The notes below the pieces were generated by a model, which worked only from the letters and a program-made list of their open reading frames with translations, did not search any database and had not been told where the DNA came from. Made by a program: the position numbers and the translations under genes. Shown here piece after piece: positions 10,129-18,844 of a stretch of DNA of 64,000 nt. Position 1 is the first letter of the stretch, and each line of letters opens with the position of its first letter. Source of the stretch: an uncultured Bacillota bacterium (GTDB lineage: Bacteria > Bacillota > Clostridia > Christensenellales > UBA1242); contig CASEOW010000035.1 of the NCBI GenBank assembly GCA_949289785.1, positions 13,851-77,850 of the forward strand, read 5' to 3'.

Positions 10129-11243
10129 TTTATCTTGATAATGCAGCAACAACTGCAATGTTTGAAAGCAGTATAGATGTTTATAAAGAATATGCTTGTA
10201 ATAAATTTTATAACCCTTCAGCAAGTTATGAAATTGGATTAAAAGTATTGCATGAAATTGAAAATGCGAAGAATATATTATTAGAAAAATTAGGAGCTAA
10301 AAAGGGTAATATAATATTTACCAGTGGAGCTACAGAAAGCAATAATCTTGCAATTTTAGGTAGTAAGCGTAATGGAAAATGGGAATATGTTTTTTCTTTA
10401 GGTGAACATCCTAGTGTATATAATGTAGCTAAAGAGTTAGAGAAGCAAGGGTTTATTGTTCATTACGTAGGATTGTCTGCTAATGGGGAAGTTAATTATG
10501 AAGAATTGCAAAAAGTTTTAAATGAAAAAACTAGATTAATTTCTGTTATGCATGCTAGTAATGAAACAGGTGCTATTAATGATTTAAAGAAAATTGATAT
10601 GATAAGAAAGAAATATGCGCCTAATGCACTAATACATGCAGACGGAGTTCAAGCTTTTTGCAAACTAGAATATAATTTAGATGATTTAGGTGTTGATTTT
10701 TATACTATATCGGCACATAAATTCCATGGGCCTAAAGGTGTAGGCGCTTTATATGTGAAAAATATAAATTCTTTAAAAAGTATTTTTTTTGGTGGCGGTC
10801 AGGAAAATGGATTTAGATCTGGTACTGAAAATGTTGCTGGTATTATGTCCACCATTGATGCTATGGGAAAAATAGATGTAAAAGAGAAATTTATTGAAGT
10901 TCAAAAATTATATAACACAATGATTGATATATTAAGTAAAGATTGTAACGTTTCATTTATTAAAACAAATAATCCTTATGTTATTAGTGTGGGTTTTGAA
11001 GGTGTAAACGGGGAAACTTTAATGAGAGCTTTACAAAATTATGGAGTTATTGTTGGTATAGGTAGTGCGTGCTCTACTAAAAAAAGTGGTAATAGAATTT
11101 TAGAAAGTATTGGACTTAATAAAGAAGAAGTTAAAAGTCATATCAGAATTTCTTTTGATAGCAGTAATTCTATTGAAGAAATAAAAGAAGCTGGAGAAAT
11201 AATTTTAAAAGTTTACAGAGAAATTTGGGAGAAAGTGCGATGA
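10125..11243 (+). CDS. Cysteine desulfurase (IscS/NifS family) paired with ThiI
   Basis: IYLDNAATT, FTSGATESNN, SAHKFHGPKG, GSACS. Confidence 0.95.
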   Translation: MIYLDNAATTAMFESSIDVYKEYACNKFYNPSASYEIGLKVLHEIENAKNILLEKLGAKKGNIIFTSGATESNNLAILGSKRNGKWEYVFSLGEHPSVYNVAKELEKQGFIVHYVGLSANGEVNYEELQKVLNEKTRLISVMHASNETGAINDLKKIDMIRKKYAPNALIHADGVQAFCKLEYNLDDLGVDFYTISAHKFHGPKGVGALYVKNINSLKSIFFGGGQENGFRSGTENVAGIMSTIDAMGKIDVKEKFIEVQKLYNTMIDILSKDCNVSFIKTNNPYVISVGFEGVNGETLMRALQNYGVIVGIGSACSTKKSGNRILESIGLNKEEVKSHIRISFDSSNSIEEIKEAGEIILKVYREIWEKVR

Positions 11244-12394
11244 AAAAAGTTTTACTTTTAAGATTTGGAGAGTTGTTTTTAAAGGGAAATAATAGAAATA
11301 TTTTTGAAAATTTGCTTATAAATAATATTAAGAATAAGTTAAATGGTCTTGAGTTTAAATTTGAAAAAACTTTTGGTAGATATGTTATTCATGATTATAA
11401 TATTAATTTAGAAGAAGAATTTGTAAATAGACTTACTAAAGTTTTTGGTTTATATAGTTTAAGTAGGGCATTCGAAGTTGATGCTACTATAGAAGACATA
11501 GAAAATAAAGTTCTTGATATTGATTGTTTTAATAAAACTTTTAAAGTTTGTGTTAAAAGAGCAGATAAAAAGTTTCCTGTTTCCTCTATGGAATTTGCTA
11601 AAATTTTAGGAGAAAAAGTATTAAATAAATATACTTCAGCAACGGTTGATTTGTATAAGCCTGATATAGAAATAAAAGTTGATATTCGTCTAAATGGTAA
11701 AGCTTATATTTACGATGAAATTGTAAAATGTCAAGGTGGATTGCCTCTTGGTAGTGCTGGAAATGGATTACTGCTTTTATCTGGAGGAATTGATAGTCCT
11801 GTTGCTGGCTATTTAATAGGTAAGCGTGGTTTAAAAATAGATGCTATTCATTTTCATAGTTATCCTTATACTTCTTTGGAGGCAAAAGAGAAAGTTATTA
11901 CACTTGCAAAAAAATTAACTGATTATGTAGGTAATATCAAACTTCATGTTATTTCTTTTACACAAGTTCAAGAAGAAATCCATAGATGTTGTAAAGAAGA
12001 ATATATGATTACTATAATGAGAAGAATAATGATGAGAGTTGCTAGTAAGATTTGTGATAAATACAATTTAGGTTGTATAGTAACTGGAGAAAGTTTGGGG
12101 CAGGTTGCAAGTCAAACAATGCAAAGTATGGCTGTCACAACAGCATGTTCAACTAAACCTATTTTTAGGCCTTGTATTGCTATGGACAAAGAAGATATTA
12201 TGAATATTGCCAAATCAATAGATACTTATCAAACATCAATTCTTCCTTATGAAGATTGTTGCACAGTCTTTTTGCCTAAAAATCCATTAATTAAACCTAA
12301 AGAAGATAGGGTTGAGAATGAAGAGAAAAATTTAAATATATCAGATTTAGTTAATAAATGTTTAGAAAATGAAGAAATAATAGAAATAGAATAA
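11240..12394 (+). CDS. thiI: tRNA 4-thiouridine(8) synthase
   Basis: GELFLKG, THUMP domain, LLSGGIDSPVA, TGESLGQVASQT, PYEDCC; ATG 11240 overlaps the upstream stop. Confidence 0.97.
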   Translation: MKKVLLLRFGELFLKGNNRNIFENLLINNIKNKLNGLEFKFEKTFGRYVIHDYNINLEEEFVNRLTKVFGLYSLSRAFEVDATIEDIENKVLDIDCFNKTFKVCVKRADKKFPVSSMEFAKILGEKVLNKYTSATVDLYKPDIEIKVDIRLNGKAYIYDEIVKCQGGLPLGSAGNGLLLLSGGIDSPVAGYLIGKRGLKIDAIHFHSYPYTSLEAKEKVITLAKKLTDYVGNIKLHVISFTQVQEEIHRCCKEEYMITIMRRIMMRVASKICDKYNLGCIVTGESLGQVASQTMQSMAVTTACSTKPIFRPCIAMDKEDIMNIAKSIDTYQTSILPYEDCCTVFLPKNPLIKPKEDRVENEEKNLNISDLVNKCLENEEIIEIE

Positions 12395-12417
12395 TAGTAA
12401 AATGTTATTATTTTTAA

Positions 12418-12449
12418 AAAGGGTGGATAAAATATTATCCACTTTTTTT
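12418..12449 (+). terminator. Intrinsic terminator after thiI
   Basis: GGGTGGATAA-AATA-TTATCCACTT followed by T-run. Confidence 0.8.
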
Positions 12450-12583
12450 ATTGTATATAATTAGATTAATCAAATTGTTTGAAATTAAACTATAAAAGTT
12501 TTAAAAAGCATTATGCATGATAATTAATTTTTATAGATTTAAAATTTATATTCTTTCATATTATAAAATATATATAAAAATTT

Positions 12584-12679
12584 TATGAATAATTATGCAT
12601 AAATCCCTTGCATAATTATAAAAAATGTTGTATAATAATCAAAAATTGATGAATATATATAAATTCATAAATATTCACA
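12584..12679 (+). promoter_or_regulatory. argR promoter with overlapping ARG boxes
   Basis: TTGCAT (12608), 17 bp, TATAAT (12631); ARG-box palindrome TATGAATAATTATGCATA (12584-12601) plus weaker copies at about 12607, 12649 and 12663. Confidence 0.75.
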
Positions 12680-12731
12680 TAAGGCTAAATCCCTTTAAAA
12701 TAAAGGAAATTAGCGATTTAAGGAGAAAGTT

Positions 12732-13184
12732 ATGGCAAGAAGTGCAAGACAGTCAAAAATCTTAGAACTCATTTCAACTAAAGAAATCGAAACTCAAGAT
12801 GAACTTGCAAGAGAACTTAAAAATGCAAATTTTGATATTACTCAGGCTACAATATCTAGAGATATTAAAGAGCTTGGTCTTACCAAAATTTTATCTAGTT
12901 CTGGTAAATATAAATATTGTTTTGTAGGTTCTGATGAACAATTAATATCTAACAAATACATAACAATTTTTAAGGAAGCTGTTATATCTGTAAAGGTAGC
13001 AATGAATCTTGTTGTAATAAAAACAATGAAAGGGCTAGGTTCAAGTTTAGCTTCTTTTGTTGATAAACTGAATATAAATGAATTAATGGGTGCTGTTTGT
13101 GGAGATGATACAGTAATGCTTATTTTCCCTACTACTACTTACGCTAGTAGTGCAGTTGTTACTTTAAATGATATGTTAATTTAA
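12732..13184 (+). CDS. argR: Arginine repressor
   Basis: IETQDEL, TQATISRDIKEL, GAVCGDDT; upstream of recN. Confidence 0.97.
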   Translation: MARSARQSKILELISTKEIETQDELARELKNANFDITQATISRDIKELGLTKILSSSGKYKYCFVGSDEQLISNKYITIFKEAVISVKVAMNLVVIKTMKGLGSSLASFVDKLNINELMGAVCGDDTVMLIFPTTTYASSAVVTLNDMLI

Positions 13185-13194
13185 GGAGAATTGT

Positions 13195-14850
13195 ATGCTT
13201 CAATCATTAAATATAAAAAATGTTGCTTTAATATCTTCTTTAACAATAGATTTTGGAAAAGGGTTAAATATTTTAATTGGAGAAACTGGTGCTGGTAAAA
13301 GTATCATCTTTGATTCATTAAATTTTGTTTTGGGTTCTAAGCCTGATAAAACACTTATCAGAAGTGGTGAAAATGAGATGAAGGTTGAGGCTTTGTTTTC
13401 TAATATTAATAATCAAGCAAAAGAACTCTTAAATAACTTAGGTTTTGAAGATGAAGAAATTTTACTTTCTAGAATCTTGACTTTAGAAGGCAAATCTACA
13501 ATTCGAATAAATGGTTGTATCTCAACTTTAAGTATTTTAAAACAGGTTGGAGCTATTTTATTAGATAGTTATTCTCAACATGAAAGTATAGAACTTTTAA
13601 ATTCAAAAAATCATATCAATCTTTTAGATAAATATGCTGGTGAAAATATTTTAGAATTGAAAGAAGAAGTTAAAAATTTATATCTCAAAAATTTTGAAAT
13701 TTCTAAAAAAATTGATTCATTAGGTGGGGATAAATTTCTTCGTGATAATGAAATATCTTTATTGGAATATCAAATTAATGAAATAGAAAATGCTAATATT
13801 GTAGAAGGCGAAGAAGAAGATTTAAAAGAAAAAATAAATTTAATGAATAATAGTGAAAGAATAGTAAATGCCATAAATAATTGTGAACAACTTTTATCTG
13901 AACAAAATGATTCTTGCATTACTTGTTTACAATATTGTCAAAACTATTTATCTACTTTAAATTTTGAAAAAATTAATTCTTGTAGAGAGAGAATAGAAAG
14001 CGTTAAATATGAAATTGAAGATATTTATGAAACTTTATTAGATGTAAAGAATGATGTCGATTTTGATGAAAAAGAATTTCAACAAATAGATTTAAGATTA
14101 GATTTAATTAAATCTATTTATAAAAAATATGGTGGAACATATGAAAACGTTATAAACTTTTTGAAAAAATCTAAAGAGAGATTAAATGAACTTGTAGATG
14201 GAGAATATTTGCTTGAAAAATACCAAAATCAGCAATTAATTATAGTAAATGATTTAAATGAAAAAGCTTTAAAATTATCACAACTAAGGATAAAAGTAGC
14301 ACAAACAATAGAAGAAAAAGTTTTAAATCAACTAAAAAATTTAGGAATGAAATCAAGTCAATTTAAAATAAATTTTGAAAAGACAGAAATTTCATCAAAT
14401 GGTTTTGATAAAATAGAGTTTGTTTTTTCAGCGAATCGAGGTCAAGAAATCAAATCGTTATCTAAAACAGCTTCTGGTGGTGAACTAAGTAGATTTATGC
14501 TTGCTTTTAAAAATATTTTTTCTGAAAATGGAAGCGTATCGACATTAATATTTGATGAAATTGATGCTGGTATAGGCGGAGAAGTTGGTGTTGTTGTTGG
14601 TGAAAAATTATCTAATATAAAAAATAATATTCAAGTAATTTGTATAACTCATTTACCTCAAGTTGCATGTTTTGGAGATGACTTTTATTATGTTAGCAAA
14701 ACTGAGAATGAAGGTAAAACCTTAACTTCTGTTAAGCATTTACAAGAAGACGAAATTGTTTATAATCTAGCTAAAATGATAGGTGGTGATGTATCAGATA
14801 TTGCTATTTCACATGCTAAAGAAATGAGAAATAAGTATTATAAAAATTAA
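13195..14850 (+). CDS. recN: DNA repair protein RecN
   Basis: GETGAGKS, coiled coil, ASGGELSR, FDEIDAG, ITHLPQVA. Confidence 0.98.
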   Translation: MLQSLNIKNVALISSLTIDFGKGLNILIGETGAGKSIIFDSLNFVLGSKPDKTLIRSGENEMKVEALFSNINNQAKELLNNLGFEDEEILLSRILTLEGKSTIRINGCISTLSILKQVGAILLDSYSQHESIELLNSKNHINLLDKYAGENILELKEEVKNLYLKNFEISKKIDSLGGDKFLRDNEISLLEYQINEIENANIVEGEEEDLKEKINLMNNSERIVNAINNCEQLLSEQNDSCITCLQYCQNYLSTLNFEKINSCRERIESVKYEIEDIYETLLDVKNDVDFDEKEFQQIDLRLDLIKSIYKKYGGTYENVINFLKKSKERLNELVDGEYLLEKYQNQQLIIVNDLNEKALKLSQLRIKVAQTIEEKVLNQLKNLGMKSSQFKINFEKTEISSNGFDKIEFVFSANRGQEIKSLSKTASGGELSRFMLAFKNIFSENGSVSTLIFDEIDAGIGGEVGVVVGEKLSNIKNNIQVICITHLPQVACFGDDFYYVSKTENEGKTLTSVKHLQEDEIVYNLAKMIGGDVSDIAISHAKEMRNKYYKN

Positions 14851-14899
14851 AATTCAAAATATTAAAATTATCATATTTATAATAAGAATAATTTTATTG

Positions 14900-14936
14900 A
14901 TATTGTATAGACTAACCTTTAGGGTTAGTTTTTTTT
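14900..14936 (+). terminator. Terminator hairpin after recN, directly before the spoIVB ATG
   Basis: GACTAACC-TTTA-GGGTTAGTT then T-run (hairpin at about 14910-14930). Confidence 0.65.
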
Positions 14937-16190
14937 ATGAAGTATAAAGAAGTAAATAAAAATGATAGAACAAAATTCAACAAAAAAATTATAAAAATTT
15001 ATGCTTTAATTTTTATAGTTTTATTTTTTATATCTAATCTAAATATTTTTAATTTAGTTCAATTACCTACCGATATTTACACAAATTTTGAAGAAATAGA
15101 AAATGCTAATAAAGATAAATTGTTTAGTGATATAGTATCAATAGATTTTGATAAAAATAGTGTTAAAACAGGAAAGAATGGAGATTTTGAAAGTATAGTT
15201 ATTTTTAAATTATTTGGTTTTATTCCTATTAAAAAAGTTAATATAAAAATATTACCTGAAGAAGAAGTTTATGCGGGTGGTAATCCTATTGGACTGACTG
15301 TTTATACATATGGTGCTATGGTTATTAGTAATTCAGATATAGATTTAAAAAATAATGAAGTTTCTTCAAATCGTTATATTAAAAATGGAGATATTATTAA
15401 AAGTATTGATGGTCATGAAATTAATGATTTAAATCAAATATCTCAAATTTTAGAAGATAATAAAAATGAAAGCATAAATATAGAAGTTATAAGAAATGGT
15501 AAAATAAAAAATTTTGATATTCCTATTTTAAAAGATAATGAAGGAAAATCAAAACTTGGTATTTGGGTTAAAAATGATGTTTCTGGCATAGGGACATTAA
15601 CTTTTGTCGTTAAAAATAATAACGGCTTTGGAGCTTTAGGACATCCTGTTACAAACGGAAAATCTGATAATTGCATTGATATTAAAAATGGAAACATATA
15701 TAAATGTACTTTAGTCGGTATAGATAAAGGTAAAGACAATGATCCAGGTCAATTAAAATGTGTTTTTGTTCAAAAAAATGAAGAAGGTAATATTGAAAAA
15801 AATACAAAATTTGGTATTTTTGGTAAATTAAATTCTGAAAGCAACTTAATTGATCCTAATGTTTCATATAAGCTCGGTGGAAGATTAGGCGTAAGACCAG
15901 GTAAAGCCACTATTATATCAAGTATAAGTGGTATAAGAGAAGAATATGAAATTGAAATAATAAAAGCAAATTACCAAAAAAGTTCAGATGATAAAAGTAT
16001 AGTATTTAGAGTTAAAGATAAAAGACTTTTAGATTTAACTGGGGGGATAGTTCAAGGAATGAGTGGTAGTCCTATCGTCCAAAATGGTAAGATTATAGGA
16101 GCTGTTACACATGTATTTTTAAATGATTCAACTAAAGGTTATGGGGTATATACAGATTTTATGTTGGAAGAATTAAATAGTTTGAAATAA
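14937..16190 (+). CDS. spoIVB: SpoIVB peptidase (S55 family, with PDZ domain)
   Basis: GIGTLTF, ALGH, TGGIVQGMSGSPIVQNGKIIGAVTHVF; follows recN; exact start uncertain. Confidence 0.95.
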   Translation: MKYKEVNKNDRTKFNKKIIKIYALIFIVLFFISNLNIFNLVQLPTDIYTNFEEIENANKDKLFSDIVSIDFDKNSVKTGKNGDFESIVIFKLFGFIPIKKVNIKILPEEEVYAGGNPIGLTVYTYGAMVISNSDIDLKNNEVSSNRYIKNGDIIKSIDGHEINDLNQISQILEDNKNESINIEVIRNGKIKNFDIPILKDNEGKSKLGIWVKNDVSGIGTLTFVVKNNNGFGALGHPVTNGKSDNCIDIKNGNIYKCTLVGIDKGKDNDPGQLKCVFVQKNEEGNIEKNTKFGIFGKLNSESNLIDPNVSYKLGGRLGVRPGKATIISSISGIREEYEIEIIKANYQKSSDDKSIVFRVKDKRLLDLTGGIVQGMSGSPIVQNGKIIGAVTHVFLNDSTKGYGVYTDFMLEELNSLK

Positions 16191-16432
16191 TTTTTATATT
16201 TCAAATCTTACTTTTTAAAATTTATTTTCATTTATCTAAATTATTTGACTTTTAACTATTTAATGTTATATACTTTTTTTGATAGATATTTTATATAGAT
16301 AATAATTGTAATTAAAATGAATTAAAAAATTCATTAAATATATAAGTAAAATAAATATATTTTTATTTTTGATTTTTATAATTTTATTTGTATAAATTAA
16401 TATAATTTAATCTATCTAAAAAGGGGAAAAAT

Positions 16433-18022
16433 ATGAGCAGTTTAAGCATTTTATGCAATGCTGCTGTTACCGCCGGAGTTGTAAGCGGAGTGCTAGCTCT
16501 TATTGTTGGAGCAATTGTAGGAGCTATTGTTTACAAAATTATTGCAAATAATAAAATTGGCAGAAGTAAAACAAATGCTGTCAAAATAATTGAAGAGGCG
16601 TATGCAGAAGCTAAAAGCATAAAAAAAGAATCTATTTTAGAAGCTAAAGAAGAGGCACAAAAAATACGAGATGATGCTAATGAAGAAGCTAGAGAAAGAA
16701 GAGCAGAAATTCAAAAGCAAGAAGAAAGATTAGACCAAAGAGAAGAATATGTAACTAAAAAAGAAACAATTATAGATGCTAAAAGTGAACAACTTGAAAA
16801 TGATAAATTAGCTTTAGAAAATGAAAAGAATTTGTTAAATGAAAAGATTTCTCAACAAGAAGAAATTAAAGCTCAAATGCTTGAGAGATTGGAAAAAATT
16901 TCTGGTTTAACAAAAAAAGAAGCTAAAGATGTTTTAATAGAAAGTATTACAGAAGAAGCGAAAAAAGATGCTGGAAATATAGTTAAAAAAATTGAAGATG
17001 AAGCACGAGAAAATGGTGAAAAAATTGCAAAAGATATTGTAATGTCTGCTATTCAAAGATGTGCTACTGATTTATCTTCTGAAATGACTATAACAACAGT
17101 TGCACTGCCTAATGATGAAATGAAAGGTAGAATTATTGGTAGAGAAGGTAGAAATATTCGTTCTATTGAAAGCGCAACTGGTGTTGAGTTAATTGTTGAT
17201 GATACACCTGAATCAATTACTATTTCAAGTTTTGATCCTGTTCGTAGAGAAATTGCTAGATTAAGTCTTGAAAAGCTTATTGTTGATGGTAGAATTCACC
17301 CAGGTAGAATTGAAGAAATCGTAGATAAAGCTACCAAAGAAGTTGATAATGCTATTAAAGAAGCAGGTGAAAATGCTTGTAATGAAGTAGGTATTTACAA
17401 TCTTAGCCCTGAAATAATAAAAGTTCTTGGCAGATTGAAATATAGAACAAGTTATGGACAAAATTGTTTAAAACATAGTATAGAAACTTCTATCATAGCA
17501 GGACTTATTGCTACAGAATTAAATGTAAATGTTCAAGTTGCTAAAAGAGGTGGATTGTTACACGATTTAGGCAAAGCATTAGACCATGAGATTGAGGGAA
17601 CACATGTTTCAATAGGTGTTGATATTGCCAGAAAAAATAAAGAATCGGATGAAGTTATTCATTGTATTGAAGCTCATCATGGAGATGTTCCATTTAATAG
17701 CATTGAAGCTATTATTGTTCAAGTTGCAGATGCTATTTCTAGTTCAAGACCTGGCGCTAGAAGAGAAAGTTTTGAAACTTATATTAAGCGTCTTCAACAA
17801 CTTGAAAGTATTTGCAACGATTTTAAAGGTGTAGATAAATCTTATGCTATTCAAGCAGGAAGAGAGGTAAGAATAATTGTAAAGCCTGAACAAATCAATG
17901 ATACAGATGCAATGTATCTTTCTAAGGATATTGCTAAAAGAATTGAAGATGAAATGCAGTATCCTGGACAAATTAAGGTTGTTGTTGTTAGAGAAAACAG
18001 ATTTACTGAAACAGCTAAATAA
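16433..18022 (+). CDS. rny: Ribonuclease Y
   Basis: N-terminal TM helix, coiled coil, KH domain (KGRIIGREGRNIR), HD domain (LLHDLGK), RPGARRE. Confidence 0.99.
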   Translation: MSSLSILCNAAVTAGVVSGVLALIVGAIVGAIVYKIIANNKIGRSKTNAVKIIEEAYAEAKSIKKESILEAKEEAQKIRDDANEEARERRAEIQKQEERLDQREEYVTKKETIIDAKSEQLENDKLALENEKNLLNEKISQQEEIKAQMLERLEKISGLTKKEAKDVLIESITEEAKKDAGNIVKKIEDEARENGEKIAKDIVMSAIQRCATDLSSEMTITTVALPNDEMKGRIIGREGRNIRSIESATGVELIVDDTPESITISSFDPVRREIARLSLEKLIVDGRIHPGRIEEIVDKATKEVDNAIKEAGENACNEVGIYNLSPEIIKVLGRLKYRTSYGQNCLKHSIETSIIAGLIATELNVNVQVAKRGGLLHDLGKALDHEIEGTHVSIGVDIARKNKESDEVIHCIEAHHGDVPFNSIEAIIVQVADAISSSRPGARRESFETYIKRLQQLESICNDFKGVDKSYAIQAGREVRIIVKPEQINDTDAMYLSKDIAKRIEDEMQYPGQIKVVVVRENRFTETAK

Positions 18023-18038
18023 AATTAATTTTAATAAT

Positions 18039-18070
18039 AAAAAAGCTAAATTTTAAATTTAGCTTTTTTA
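18039..18070 (+). terminator. Terminator after rny
   Basis: AAAAAGCTAAA..TTTAGCTTTTTT. Confidence 0.75.
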
Positions 18071-18123
18071 TTCTATTTTTTTATATAATTCATATATTTG
18101 ATTTTAAATGTATATTATATAAC

Positions 18124-18741
18124 ATGAACGAATTTTTAGATTATATAGCTCATCATTTTGAAAATTGTGTTTGGCTTGCCGTAATGATTATGGCAATGAT
18201 ACCAACTATAGAAAGTAAAATAGCAATTCCTTTTGGAATGAATACCGAGATATGGGGTAGTAATGCTTTAAACAGCTTTGAATCCTTTTTTTATTCTTTT
18301 TTAGGTTCTATAATTCCTTGTATACTAATAGTTTTGATTGTAAGAAAATTAAAGAGTAGAACTACAGGATTTTTAACAAATAAGTTTTTACAAAAATATA
18401 ATAAAAAAAGTCAATCTGTAAGTATGAAAACAAATAACTTTACAAAATATTTTATGCTTACTGCATTTGTTGCTATTCCTTTGCCTTTAACAGGTGTTTG
18501 GTCTGGAAGTTTAATATTAGGATTAAGTAATTTAGATATTAAAATGGGAATAATTTCTATTATTATAGGAGCTATAATTTCAGCTGGTATGATTTCATTA
18601 ATATGCAATATATTTTCAAATTCAATATCATATATTTTGATTATATCTTTTATAATAATATTAGTATTTTTATTTGTTGATTTGTTTATTTCTTTACTAA
18701 GAGAACATATTAAAAATAAAAAAGTTAAAAACGATAAATGA
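18124..18741 (+). CDS. Small multi-drug export family membrane protein
   Basis: P.IE..IAIP.G and FVAIPLP.TG.WSG motifs; several TM helices. Confidence 0.8.
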   Translation: MNEFLDYIAHHFENCVWLAVMIMAMIPTIESKIAIPFGMNTEIWGSNALNSFESFFYSFLGSIIPCILIVLIVRKLKSRTTGFLTNKFLQKYNKKSQSVSMKTNNFTKYFMLTAFVAIPLPLTGVWSGSLILGLSNLDIKMGIISIIIGAIISAGMISLICNIFSNSISYILIISFIIILVFLFVDLFISLLREHIKNKKVKNDK

Positions 18742-18770
18742 TTTTATTAATTAATTATATTGAAACTAAT

Positions 18771-18808
18771 AAAAAAAGGAACTTTCTATTTTTGAAGTTC
18801 CTTTTTTT
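18771..18808. terminator. Bidirectional terminator between convergent genes
   Basis: AAAAAAAGGAACTT..AAGTTCCTTTTTTT. Confidence 0.8.
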
Positions 18809-18844
18809 AACTCTGCTAGTTTCAAAAGTTAATGATTTAATTTA

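Noticed and set aside
12421..12443. TTATCCAC sequences resembling DnaA boxes
   Set aside because: They are the two arms of the thiI terminator; they mismatch TTATCCACA, form no cluster, and the region looks like ter rather than oriC
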